A stretch of 64,000 nt of DNA. It comes from Candidatus Micrarchaeota archaeon. GTDB lineage: Archaea; Micrarchaeota; Micrarchaeia; Norongarragalinales; Norongarragalinaceae. The stretch lies in assembly GCA_016188965.1 (NCBI GenBank), contig JACPGT010000013.1, positions 116,609 through 180,608 on the forward strand, in the 5' to 3' direction. Positions within the stretch are counted from its first letter, which is position 1. Each line of letters starts with the position of its first letter. Both the position numbers and the translations under genes were made by a program. Below, in pieces: positions 45,006-54,233 of this stretch. The notes beneath the pieces are model-generated. The model was not told the origin of the DNA and ran no database searches. It saw nothing but the letters and a program-made list of their open reading frames with translations.

Positions 45006-47843
45006 TTAGCGGCCCTGCAGGCTGTCGGCATTCTGCGACAACCAGGCGATCAGGCTGTTGGCAGCCGACGTCGTGTCCGACGCCGAGTAGCCGTAGACCA
45101 GGATCTTGTCACCCTGGACCTTGACCACCGGTTCATCCGAAGCCGAGGCAGCCGGAGCACCCGAGAGCGCCGAAGCGGCGACCGAGTTGACCAGCGGACC
45201 ACCGACGACGATCAGCGGCTGAGCACCAGCCGAGGCATCCGTCACGACCAGCGGAGACGCGGCCGTGTCCAACGGCGTGACCACGAAGGCCGTCTCCTGC
45301 GAAGGCTTCAAGCCGTCCGCGCCGGAAACTGAACCACCCGTCGAGCCACTCGACGCGCCCGCAGCCGTGATCGTCTTGACCACGACTTTGTAGCCGTTGT
45401 TGTCCAAAGCGGTTTCGCCCGCCTTGAAGTCCGTCGTCGCCTTGTTGGCGCCCGTGTCCGTTCCTGCCGTCGACAGCGTCGTCAAAGCATGAGCCAGCGT
45501 CGTCGCGTACTGAATTTCCGCGTTCGTCAAGCTCAAGGCCGCCAACTTGCTGCCACGAGGCGAGATGTAGCCCACTTCGTACAGCGTCGGCGTCGTAGCC
45601 GTCGTCGTGTACGTAGCCGCACCCAACGCCGTCAGCGGGAAGTAACCACCCGTGGCCGTGCCGCTTTCCAGCGACAAGTGAGGCGTGCTCGAGCTCGCCT
45701 GGCTTACACCCAGCGAGAAAGCGCCCTGCACGGAGTCTTCCGTCGTGACGTACTCGGGAACGAACAAACCACGGCGGATCGTCGTCATGTCACCCGCTTC
45801 GAAGCCAGCCGGCGTGATACGCAGGTAGACGAAGTTCGGTCCGTAGTTGTACTTCACGAAGTTGCTGCCCACGTTGTAGGACACACCCGTCGCGCCCTGG
45901 CCCGGCGTAATCGTGCCGTTCCAGTTCTCGAAGTTGATGCGCACCGTACCGGCGGCCAGACCCATCAGGGTGCCGTCAACCGTGGCGTTGCCGTTCGCGT
46001 TCGTCAGGACGATTCCCGAAGGCGTCAAGCGCGCGGCCGAAGCCGTCACGTTCGAAATCGCGGCTGCCGGGAACGTGGCTGCCGTAGCGAAGCCCGTGTC
46101 CGTACCGAAGGTCCAGACGCCCGCCATCATCGTCGAGTTGGCGGCCGTGTTGTTCGTGAACCGGGCACCCGTGCCGAAGTCGTAGACTTTCGCGCCCGTA
46201 CCCGTGCTGATGCGCACGTTGGTGGCGGACGTCGTGTAGGCCGCACCGGCCAGCACCATGGTGGTGCTGTAGTACGGTACGAAGTTCGACGTCGTCGGGT
46301 CACGGAAGAAGACCGTACCCGCAGAGCCGTTGCCAGCCGCCGTGGCGTCCGAGATGATGTAGAATTCACGGGCGTTGGTCGGGGCCGAAGCGGCGTCCGA
46401 GAAGTCGAACGGCGAGGTCAGCGTCGACTGTGCCAAGATGTAGGACAAATCGACGGTCGTCGTGTCCGTGGCGCTGGTCTGGAAGCTCTGCGAACCCGTC
46501 GCGAACGTCAGCTTGTCGTAGGAGACGTCGGCCAGGCCGTTGTACGTGAGCTTCATCAGGGCAGGCTTGTCCAGGAAGTTCAGCGAGTCGCCCTTGTTCA
46601 GGTCCGACGCGACCGAGCGCGTCAGTTGGACGCGGGCCAGCGAGTGACCGTAGGACGTTCCGCCTCCGACGAGGTTGACGCGCCAGTTCGTGTTGTCCGT
46701 GCTGACCGAGCTGGATTGCTGCAGGGCCAACTTGTCGGAAAAGACGCTGACTTGCGCGTAGCTGGTCTGACCCAGACCGGCGAAGACCTGGAAGACGCGG
46801 ATGACGATACCATTCTTGTTGTATTCGCCATCTTGCTGCAGCGTCGTCGTGTCGATCACGTTGCCGTTGGCATCGCTGACTTCGAACGAAACGGACAGCA
46901 ACTGCGCCGTACCGGTCGGGACGGCCGAGATGTCCTTGAGCTTGGCGGAAATGCCGTTCGGGGACGTGACAGTGTCACCGATCTGCATGAACTCCTTGTA
47001 GGAGACTTCCTTACCCAGCGTCAGAACTGACGTGGCAGGCAGGGCCGTGTCCGAGTTGAAGTTGTCCATGCCGACGATAATCCAGTCCGCGCCCAAAAGC
47101 TTGACCTTGACGCGGTGCTTGGTCGTCTTGTAGGTGTCCGAGCAGGTCGAGTCGTCCGGCGTGAATTCCGTACAAACCTGGATGGGGTTCGTAAAGATGG
47201 ATTCGTACGCGACTTGCGGGTTCTTGGCCTTGACCGTCTTGGTCGAGGCGTCGTACTGCGTCTTGGAGTAGACGTAGTAGCGTTCCTCCTGCGTGTACGA
47301 CTTGGACACTTGCGAGTCCGTAATCGCGCCCTTGAAGGCCAAAGCCGATTCCGAGGACGTGATCTTGCGGCCAGCGCTGGCGAACGGAGACGTTCCGCCC
47401 AGGATGGTGTTGGTGCCCGTCAGGTCGTTGACGCGGTCATCCGTCGTGTTCGTGTCCAGGAAGCCTTCGACGTAGGTCTTCATCTGGTAGGCCACGTTCG
47501 GGTTGACGCCCGGCGTCGTGATTTCCAAGGAGACTTTGTCATCCGTGGAGGTCGTGCTGGCCGTACCGCCCGAGCAGGACAGCAGGTCAGCGCCCAGGAC
47601 GGTGATGTCCTGCGACGTGTAGGCCATGTTGCCGATCATAGCGGCAATGTTGGCTGCGGCGACGGCGTCCGAGGGTTGGGCCTGGGAGCCGACGACGATC
47701 TTCAGGTTCGGAGCACCGTTCGAGAAAAACGGGAAGTTGCTCAGACCGCTGGAGTCCACTTGGACTGCGCCAGCAAAAGCGGCGCCCAGCAATGCAGCGC
47801 CGGCAGCAGCCGTCGCGATTTTCTTGACGTTCAAACTTTTCAC
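45006..47843 (-). CDS. S-layer-like major surface glycoprotein (945 aa)
   Basis: GTG start preceded by SD GAGGTGG (47848-47854, reverse). Signal peptide MKSLNVKKIATAAAGAALLGAAFAGAV. Thr/Ser/Ala/Gly-rich, very low Cys, dozens of N-x-S/T sequons. A strong terminator follows. A TATA-like TTTAAAAACC lies about 150 nt upstream. Confidence 0.6.
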   Translation of the reverse strand: MKSLNVKKIATAAAGAALLGAAFAGAVQVDSSGLSNFPFFSNGAPNLKIVVGSQAQPSDAVAAANIAAMIGNMAYTSQDITVLGADLLSCSGGTASTTSTDDKVSLEITTPGVNPNVAYQMKTYVEGFLDTNTTDDRVNDLTGTNTILGGTSPFASAGRKITSSESALAFKGAITDSQVSKSYTQEERYYVYSKTQYDASTKTVKAKNPQVAYESIFTNPIQVCTEFTPDDSTCSDTYKTTKHRVKVKLLGADWIIVGMDNFNSDTALPATSVLTLGKEVSYKEFMQIGDTVTSPNGISAKLKDISAVPTGTAQLLSVSFEVSDANGNVIDTTTLQQDGEYNKNGIVIRVFQVFAGLGQTSYAQVSVFSDKLALQQSSSVSTDNTNWRVNLVGGGTSYGHSLARVQLTRSVASDLNKGDSLNFLDKPALMKLTYNGLADVSYDKLTFATGSQSFQTSATDTTTVDLSYILAQSTLTSPFDFSDAASAPTNAREFYIISDATAAGNGSAGTVFFRDPTTSNFVPYYSTTMVLAGAAYTTSATNVRISTGTGAKVYDFGTGARFTNNTAANSTMMAGVWTFGTDTGFATAATFPAAAISNVTASAARLTPSGIVLTNANGNATVDGTLMGLAAGTVRINFENWNGTITPGQGATGVSYNVGSNFVKYNYGPNFVYLRITPAGFEAGDMTTIRRGLFVPEYVTTEDSVQGAFSLGVSQASSSTPHLSLESGTATGGYFPLTALGAATYTTTATTPTLYEVGYISPRGSKLAALSLTNAEIQYATTLAHALTTLSTAGTDTGANKATTDFKAGETALDNNGYKVVVKTITAAGASSGSTGGSVSGADGLKPSQETAFVVTPLDTAASPLVVTDASAGAQPLIVVGGPLVNSVAASALSGAPAASASDEPVVKVQGDKILVYGYSASDTTSAANSLIAWLSQNADSLQGR

Positions 47844-48251
47844 GGAACCACCTCGACGAACATCGTTCGTCTAGTTACCAAAACAACTTGCGGCCGTAAC
47901 CCGACGGACGTTGCTTTTCATTTCCCAAACCCCGGGAACAACGACAGTCCGTCCGGCCTTTAGCCGAAGCGGAATACTTATCGGAACCCGGTTTTTAAAC
48001 CTTTCCAAAACCTTACGCTGTTTGACGAATAGCCCTCGGACAGGCCAAAACAGGCCGAAAAGGGGTCGAAAATCCGACGTTTGTCGAAAACCGGACGAAA
48101 CAGCGGCCATGCGCCTCACCCTCCCCTTTGCCTCGGAGCCCCCCCCACCGGCCGGCACGCGGTTTGGAATTGCTGGAGATTATTAGGATTTTCGTCATAT
48201 ATAATATAGGCGAAGCCAAACCCAAATGGCGAATATGTTACTACCAACAAG

Positions 48252-48260
48252 TTTATAAAT
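48252..48260 (+). promoter_or_regulatory. TATA box (TTTATAAAT) for the small membrane-protein gene cluster
   Basis: Centred ~27 nt before the inferred TSS, with a 12-nt leader to ATG 48295. Confidence 0.5.
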
Positions 48261-48294
48261 AATGATTGTGAGTAATATAGCAGGCGAAAAAAGC

Positions 48295-48678
48295 ATGGCG
48301 CATGAATTCAACTCCCAACAAATCAAGCAGGTCGTCTCGGCCAACAAGGCCAAGTTCACCGGCGAGCACGGGCACGGACCGAAGGAATTCGAGCAGACGA
48401 CCATGTTCATCCCGGTGGCCACGGAAGGAAAAGCCGTCATCAACGTGCAGACGCGTCAGAAATTCCTGACAACGGGCATCACGAACTGGCGTATGTACCA
48501 CTTCCACCGCGCGGCGGCCATCATGGGCGCCGTGGCGGCCGTGTGGCTCATCTTCATCAACCCGTACCTCTCGGCGGCAGCCGGCATGGCCTCGGCCTGG
48601 AGCTATGGCGAGTACCTGAAGAAGGATTTCACGATCAACCACATCTACAAGAGCCGTCACCTGCTGGAAAGCACGTAG
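48295..48678 (+). CDS. Small membrane protein, paralog family member 1
   Basis: MAHEFNSQQIKQ...TNWRMYHFHRAAAIMGAVAAVWLIFINPYLSAAAGMASAW. One or two TM helices. Confidence 0.45.
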   Translation: MAHEFNSQQIKQVVSANKAKFTGEHGHGPKEFEQTTMFIPVATEGKAVINVQTRQKFLTTGITNWRMYHFHRAAAIMGAVAAVWLIFINPYLSAAAGMASAWSYGEYLKKDFTINHIYKSRHLLEST

Positions 48679-48709
48679 GCGGAAGGAAAGGAACGAGGAT
48701 TCGTAAAAC

Positions 48710-49156
48710 ATGAGTGGACATGGACCCGTGGACCCGCGCGACCACCTGCTGCACGACATCGAGTCGACGGCCACGCCGGCGCACCACGCGGCGGAGGACG
48801 TCGAACACGCCATGCACGAGGCCCACGAAGAGCACGCGCAGGGCATCAGCACGGCGGACCACCCCCCGCACGTGTCGTACATGCCCATGGAAGTGGACCG
48901 CACGGTCCCGCCCAACCTGCGCCAGTTCACGCGGTGGGAATACCTCTCCGAATACGTCGAATGGTGGCGCCAGGGCGTCACGTCGAAAGTGCAGTCCGTG
49001 GTCTTTTTGGGCCTCGGGTTGCTGACGCTGGAAACGTTTCCGCCCGGCGCGTTGTTGATGTTCGCCTTGTCGGCGCGCCATCAGGACCTGGCCTGGATGT
49101 ACGACTTCATCGCCAAGAAGTTCGGCGCCTCCCGTACCTTGACGCTGGTCGATTAG
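48710..49156 (+). CDS. Small His-rich membrane protein, paralog family member 2
   Basis: His-rich N-terminus (HAAEDVEHAMHEAHEEHAQG). LRQFTRWEYLSEYVEWWRQGVTSKVQSVVFLGLGLL is similar to the 50227 ORF. Confidence 0.45.
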   Translation: MSGHGPVDPRDHLLHDIESTATPAHHAAEDVEHAMHEAHEEHAQGISTADHPPHVSYMPMEVDRTVPPNLRQFTRWEYLSEYVEWWRQGVTSKVQSVVFLGLGLLTLETFPPGALLMFALSARHQDLAWMYDFIAKKFGASRTLTLVD

Positions 49157-49301
49157 GAACGAAGAAAAACCTCTTTCATTTTTTTCAAAAAAACGAAAAA
49201 ACCCAAAAAAAAGGGAAAGCACGCGACACGGAAAAAACCGGAAAAGTCGCGAAAAAAGCCGAAAAACCTCGAAAAAAACCAACCAAACGTGAAACCGAAA
49301 A

Positions 49302-49508
49302 ATGGCGGAAGAAATCTACGAAGAAAAGGACGCGCCGTGGGAGACGCACTTGATGTCCTTCCTGGAGGACATGGGCCTAGTCAAGATCATCGACGGCCCG
49401 ACGGACTTCAAGACGGGCATGTTCGACCACGGATTCATCCTGCCGGATTGGATCATCAACGCCATCGTGGTGCTGACGGTCCTGTACTGGCTCTTCACGG
49501 TGAAATAA
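49302..49508 (+). CDS. Small (68 aa) single-TM protein
   Basis: ...ILPDWIINAIVVLTVLYWLFTVK. Confidence 0.4.
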   Translation: MAEEIYEEKDAPWETHLMSFLEDMGLVKIIDGPTDFKTGMFDHGFILPDWIINAIVVLTVLYWLFTVK

Positions 49509-49509
49509 G

Positions 49510-49983
49510 ATGGCCATGACCAACTACACAAGCTCGCACCTCGTCGAGTACGTCGAGAAGACCGGCGCCGCCAAAATCGAGGGGAAGGCTCAAGGCGGGC
49601 ATGACGCCCACGGCCAGAGCGGCCACGGAGGCGGCGACCACGGACGCCAGCTGCACCACATGTACGTGCCCATGAAGCAAGTGGGCCACATGATGGAAGG
49701 CGGCAAGAAAGTGCCGGTGCACAACCTGCACGTGCACACCCGTGCCCAGTTCCTCTCGGGTTTGGTGGACAGCGGCTTCCGCACGGGCGCTCTGGGTACG
49801 GCATACCGGTCGTACTTCTATGCCATCGTGTTCTTCGTGCTGACGGTGCTGACGTACAACGTCAGCCTGTACGTGGCCGCGGTGTTCGCGTACATGGCGG
49901 GCCTGCACTGGTCGCGCCGTCTGATCGAGCCGCCGTGGTCCGTCACCTGGTTCAAAGGAAAGGCCCTGTACCACACGAAGTAG
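49510..49983 (+). CDS. Small His/Gly-rich membrane protein, paralog family member 3
   Basis: GGHDAHGQSGHGGGDHGRQLHHMYVPMKQVGHMMEGG, then two TM helices. Confidence 0.45.
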   Translation: MAMTNYTSSHLVEYVEKTGAAKIEGKAQGGHDAHGQSGHGGGDHGRQLHHMYVPMKQVGHMMEGGKKVPVHNLHVHTRAQFLSGLVDSGFRTGALGTAYRSYFYAIVFFVLTVLTYNVSLYVAAVFAYMAGLHWSRRLIEPPWSVTWFKGKALYHTK

Positions 49984-50226
49984 AAAACGACCATTCATTT
50001 CTTTTTTCATTTATCCAAAAAAAAGCAAATGCAAAAAAACCAAAAAAAAAACAAAAAACGCGAACGAGAAAAACGAAGGAAAACCGGATCGGAAAAGAAA
50101 GAAAACGAACGAAAACGCGAAGCAAAAAAAACAAAAAAAAGGAAAAAGCTGAATCCGCAATACGCGGAAAACGAACAAAAACAGGAAAAAAGCAAGCCAA
50201 CTTCGAAATAGCGAAGGTGTGAAAAG

Positions 50227-50532
50227 ATGAGTTCCGATATCGAGCACAACCCCGGCGTCGTCGTGTCCATGGGTATCACCGAAAGCAAGGTACCCATGCT
50301 GCGCGCCACCACGCGGTGGGACTACGTGTCGCGCTTCTTGGCCGTGTGGAAGGAGTACGTCCGCTTCCAGATCTACTACGGCGTGCTGCTCATTTTGGGC
50401 ATCTACCTGCTCTTCGTGCAGCCCGTGCTGGCCGTGCCGGCGCTGGCGGGTGCCGCGTACTTCTACCAGCTCAAGGAGTTCCGAAAAGAGCGCACCCTGC
50501 GATCGAAACGTACCGTCATCATCGGACACTAG
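50227..50532 (+). CDS. Small membrane protein, paralog family member 4
   Basis: LRATTRWDYVSRFLAVWKEYVRFQIYYGVLLILGIYLLFVQ parallels the 48710 ORF. Confidence 0.45.
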   Translation: MSSDIEHNPGVVVSMGITESKVPMLRATTRWDYVSRFLAVWKEYVRFQIYYGVLLILGIYLLFVQPVLAVPALAGAAYFYQLKEFRKERTLRSKRTVIIGH

Positions 50533-50831
50533 GCGCAGAAGGCCCTAAATAGGGTCGAAAATGCCGAAAGGACGAAACAACGTACGGAAACGGAAAGGCA
50601 CACCGCCGAAAAAAAGACGCACAGTGCCTTTTCCCTCTTTTTGCATTTTTTTCCAAAGCAGCCGGTGGGCCAATGCCGACGGATGCGTCTTTTTCATCTT
50701 TTCCAAGGCCCAGCGAAGCATCGTTCCGCAAAAGCCCGCAACCCCAACCGAACCGTTAAACGGATGCGCCGCAAAGCCGCGGAACGAACGCGCCTAGACT
50801 AGTCGGCCGGACCGTTGCGAAGGCTTCCCGC

Positions 50832-50842
50832 AACCCTTAAAA
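50832..50842 (+). promoter_or_regulatory. Promoter motif AACCCTTAAAA (TATA core CTTAAAA), ~28 nt upstream of ATG 50867
   Basis: The same 11-mer recurs at 54839-54849 and 55342-55352. Confidence 0.45.
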
Positions 50843-50866
50843 TCCTCTGGTATCAACCATTCAGCT

Positions 50867-50944
50867 ATGCGTCTTGAACAGCTGGAGAAATTGTTGCAGC
50901 GCCAAGTCCGCGCCCACGCCAGCAAGCGCATCATCAATAACTAG
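50867..50944 (+). CDS. Putative leaderless 25-codon leader ORF MRLEQLEKLLQRQVRAHASKRIINN ending in tandem Asn codons (AAT AAC TAG), 9 nt upstream of tRNA-Asn
   Basis: ATG lies 28 nt after the TATA core. The last two sense codons are Asn. The stop codon is 9 nt before the tRNA 5' end. Confidence 0.3.
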   Translation: MRLEQLEKLLQRQVRAHASKRIINN

Positions 50945-50953
50945 TTTTCAGAG

Positions 50954-51067
50954 GCCCTGGTAGCTCAGCCGGTAGAGCGGCTGACTGTTAGCTTTTTTGG
51001 CGGCGGTTTTTCAAAGCCAAGAACGCCAGACATCAGCAGGTCGTTGGTTCGAGTCCGACCCAGGGCG
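50954..51067 (+). tRNA. tRNA-Asn (anticodon GTT) with a ~41-nt intron at the canonical 37/38 position; no encoded CCA
   Basis: Acceptor GCCCTGG/CCAGGGC+G; D-arm GCTC-AGCCGGTA-GAGC; anticodon arm GCTGA-CTGTTA|intron 50991-51031|A-TCAGC; T-arm GTTGG-TTCGAGT-CCGAC. Mature length 73 nt. A T-rich tract follows. Confidence 0.8.
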
Positions 51068-51135
51068 CTTTCATTTTTTCAGTTCTTCATACATTATTTT
51101 TTCCAGTCGTCTGAAAGTCGTTCGTCGTGTGTGCC

Positions 51136-51417
51136 ATGGAAGTGCGGAAGGTTCTGGAAAAAATCGCGGCCGCCCAGCGCGTGCCGTTGGACGAGAGGGA
51201 AAAAGAGACGTTCAGCCACCAGATTAGCCAAGTGTTGGCGGCGTTTGACCGGCTTGACCAGGTCGACACAAAAGGCGTGCCGCCGTCATACCACCCCGTC
51301 GACATCCCGGCACAATTGCGGCCCGACGAAATCGAGCCGTCACCGGCGCCGGTGGCCAACGCCCGCCGCACCGAGAAAGGCTACATCAAAGGCCCGAGGA
51401 TGATGAAGACGGCATGA
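51136..51417 (+). CDS. gatC: Asp-tRNA(Asn)/Glu-tRNA(Gln) amidotransferase subunit C
   Basis: About 94 aa, MEVRKVLEKIAAAQRVPLDEREKETFSHQISQVLAAFDRLDQVDTKGVPP. Overlaps gatA by 4 nt. Confidence 0.75.
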   Translation: MEVRKVLEKIAAAQRVPLDEREKETFSHQISQVLAAFDRLDQVDTKGVPPSYHPVDIPAQLRPDEIEPSPAPVANARRTEKGYIKGPRMMKTA

Positions 51418-52715
51418 CGGACCGCTTTGAAACTCTGGAAAAGGTGCGCCGCGCCGATGCCAATTTTTCCTGCATGGCATTCGTGCCCGAGTCGTTGGGC
51501 CAGCCGGCTGGCGGTCCGCTTTCCGGCACGTTCTTGGGCATCAAGGACAACCTCTGCGTGCAAGGCATGCCAGCGCAGGCCGGCTCGAAGATATTGGAAG
51601 GCTACATGCCGCCTTTTTCGGCCACGGCCGTCTCGCGTTTGCAGCAAAAAGGCGCCACCGTCGTGGGAAAAACAGTGATGGATGCGTTCGGTTTCGGGAC
51701 GTTCAACGCCAACACGTACAAGGTTCCTAAGAACCCGCACGACGTGTCACGGGCGGCGGGCGGCTCGTCCGGCGGATGCGCCGTGCTCACCGCGGCGACC
51801 GGCATTCCGTGCGTGGCGGAGTCGACCGGCGGAAGCATCAGCGCGCCGGCGGCCTTTTGCGGCGTGGTGGGCGTGACACCGACATACGGCAAAGTCAGCC
51901 GGTACGGCCTCATCGATTACGCCAACAGTTTGGACAAGATCGGTTCCATGGCCGCAACAGTGCGCGAGGCGTTCGATTTGATTGACGCCATGGCCGGTCC
52001 GGATGCGTTGGATTCCACTTCGCTGGTGCCGGCGCCGATGAAAAAAATCCAAGGCAAAGTGGCCGTGGTCAGCGAGTTGTTTGAAAAAGCCGAGGCCGGC
52101 GTGCGCACGGTTGCGATGCAAGCCGTGGAAAAACTGGAGCAGACCGGCGTGGCCGTCGAGGAAGTCCGGCTGGAGCACACCGAAAACGCTTTGTATGCAT
52201 ATTATATTCTGGCCATGGCCGAAGCGTCGACAAACTTGGCCAAGTTCGTGGGCCTGCGCTATGGCCAACAGCCGGCGCCGGAGGAATCCGAGACGTATAC
52301 CGATTATTTCACGCGCGTGCGCGAGCTTTTCGGACCGGAGGAGAAGCGCCGTATACTGTTGGGCAGTTTCGCCCGCACCGCCGGTTACCGCGGCAAGTAC
52401 TACGACAAGGCCGCGCGCGTGCGGACCTTGGTCATCCGCGAACTCAAAAACCTGCTGGAAAAATACGATGCGTTGTTGATGCCATCCATGCCGTGCGTGG
52501 CCCCTCGGTTTTCCGACATCGAAAAATTGTCGCCGTTGGAGCATTACGCGATGGACGTGTGCACCGTGCCGGCGAATTTGGCCGGATTGCCGCATGCCAG
52601 CGTGCCGGTCGGCACATCGCAAAGCATGCCAGTGGGCTTGCAGATCGTCGCGGATCATTTCCAGGAAGGCATCGTCCGCCATTACGGCGAGGCCGTGGAG
52701 GGGCAACGCACATGA
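51414..52715 (+). CDS. gatA: Amidotransferase subunit A (amidase-signature family)
   Basis: Amidase signature GGSSGGCAVLTAATGIPCVAESTGGSISAPAAFCGVVGVTPTYGKVSRYGLIDYANSLDKIG. Confidence 0.9.
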   Translation: MTDRFETLEKVRRADANFSCMAFVPESLGQPAGGPLSGTFLGIKDNLCVQGMPAQAGSKILEGYMPPFSATAVSRLQQKGATVVGKTVMDAFGFGTFNANTYKVPKNPHDVSRAAGGSSGGCAVLTAATGIPCVAESTGGSISAPAAFCGVVGVTPTYGKVSRYGLIDYANSLDKIGSMAATVREAFDLIDAMAGPDALDSTSLVPAPMKKIQGKVAVVSELFEKAEAGVRTVAMQAVEKLEQTGVAVEEVRLEHTENALYAYYILAMAEASTNLAKFVGLRYGQQPAPEESETYTDYFTRVRELFGPEEKRRILLGSFARTAGYRGKYYDKAARVRTLVIRELKNLLEKYDALLMPSMPCVAPRFSDIEKLSPLEHYAMDVCTVPANLAGLPHASVPVGTSQSMPVGLQIVADHFQEGIVRHYGEAVEGQRT

Positions 52716-54139
52716 ACGCCCCCGCCGCCCTACAGGCCGAAGATGACGGCCTCAAAATCGGGCTTGAGACGCACGTGACGCTTAACACCAAGACCAAGTT
52801 GTTCTGCGGTTGCAACGCGAAGGCGCCGGCGGACGCGTTGCCAAACCAGTACACGTGTCCGACGTGCCTAGGCCTTCCGGGATCCAAGCCGCGGCTGAAC
52901 GGAAAAGCGGTGGAATTGGCGGTGCGGGCGGCGCAGGCGCTCACTTTCGACATCGATTTGGACAGCCGTTTCGCACGCAAGACGTACTATTACCCGGATT
53001 TGTCCAAAGATTACCAAATCACGCAGTACGATCGGCCGCTGGGGTTGCGCGGAAAACTCAAGGTCAGCGAAAACTCCGTAGACCTCACCCGGCTTCACAT
53101 CGAGGAGGATCCGGCGCAGATCGTGTATCCGCATGGCAACATGGCCAACAGCACGTACAGCCTGCTGGACTACAACCGATCAGGAATGCCGCTGCTGGAA
53201 ATCGTGACGGAGCCGTGCCTCAAGAGCCCTATGGATGCCAAAGCCTATTTGGAGGAATTGTTCCGCCTCTTGGCGTATCTGGGCGTGATCGACGCCAAAG
53301 CCGAGCGCGTGATGAAGACGGATGCGAATATATCCATCCGCGGCGGCCAGCGCGTCGAGATCAAGAACATCACGTCGTTTGCCGCGGTCGAAAAAGCGTT
53401 GCAGTCCGAACGCTTCCGCCAGAAAAAAATGCTACAGACCGGAAAAACCATCGAACGGCAGACGCGGCTGTATTCCGAGGAGACGGACACCACGCTTCTG
53501 ATGCGGACGAAAGAGCAGGAAGAGGATTACGGCTACATCGTCGAGCCGGACCTGCCGCCCTTGACGCTTTCGCACGAGTACGTCGAATCCGTGCGTGCCG
53601 CGACCAAGGAGTTGCCGGAAAAGGCCATCACACGCCTGGCAGGCGTCGTTCCGGCGCAATACGCACCCATCCTGGTGTACCAGGGATTGCTGCCGTACTT
53701 CGAATCCTCCAGGACCGCGGACAAGAACCTCTTGGCGCGCTGGACGTGCGGCTACTTGTTGAAGGCCATGAACTACAATGACATCGACGCGCCGGATTCG
53801 GCGTTGCCGGTTGCCGAATTGGACGCATTGCTTGCCGCCATCCAAAGCGGAAAAATCACGGAACGCGCCGCCATGGAGTACATCAAGCGCATGGTGACGG
53901 AGAAGAAGACTTTTGCGGCCGTCATGCAGGCCGGAAGCGTCGGATTGGCAGAAAGCGGCGCGCAAACGGCGGCCGACGCGTTGGTATTGAAGATCATCTC
54001 CGAAAACGCGAAAGCCGTGGCGGAATACCGCGCCGGCAAAGCCAAGTCCCTCGAATTCCTGGTAGGTCAGTTCCTGCGGCAGAACCTCGGGCTTCATCCC
54101 AACGAAGTCCGGGAATTGTTCAGGAAAAACATGGCGTAA
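52712..54139 (+). CDS. gatB: Amidotransferase subunit B
   Basis: MNAPAALQAEDDGLKIGLETHVTLNTKTKLFCGC... (ATG overlapping the gatA TGA) and the GatB/YqeY-like C-terminus. Confidence 0.9.
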   Translation: MNAPAALQAEDDGLKIGLETHVTLNTKTKLFCGCNAKAPADALPNQYTCPTCLGLPGSKPRLNGKAVELAVRAAQALTFDIDLDSRFARKTYYYPDLSKDYQITQYDRPLGLRGKLKVSENSVDLTRLHIEEDPAQIVYPHGNMANSTYSLLDYNRSGMPLLEIVTEPCLKSPMDAKAYLEELFRLLAYLGVIDAKAERVMKTDANISIRGGQRVEIKNITSFAAVEKALQSERFRQKKMLQTGKTIERQTRLYSEETDTTLLMRTKEQEEDYGYIVEPDLPPLTLSHEYVESVRAATKELPEKAITRLAGVVPAQYAPILVYQGLLPYFESSRTADKNLLARWTCGYLLKAMNYNDIDAPDSALPVAELDALLAAIQSGKITERAAMEYIKRMVTEKKTFAAVMQAGSVGLAESGAQTAADALVLKIISENAKAVAEYRAGKAKSLEFLVGQFLRQNLGLHPNEVRELFRKNMA

Positions 54140-54233
54140 CGCCAACGTTGTTTCTCCTCTTTTTTAGTCAGGGTTGATTTTCCTTCTACTCAACATTTAT
54201 ATTATAATGTATATGATAAACGCGGTGAGGTGG

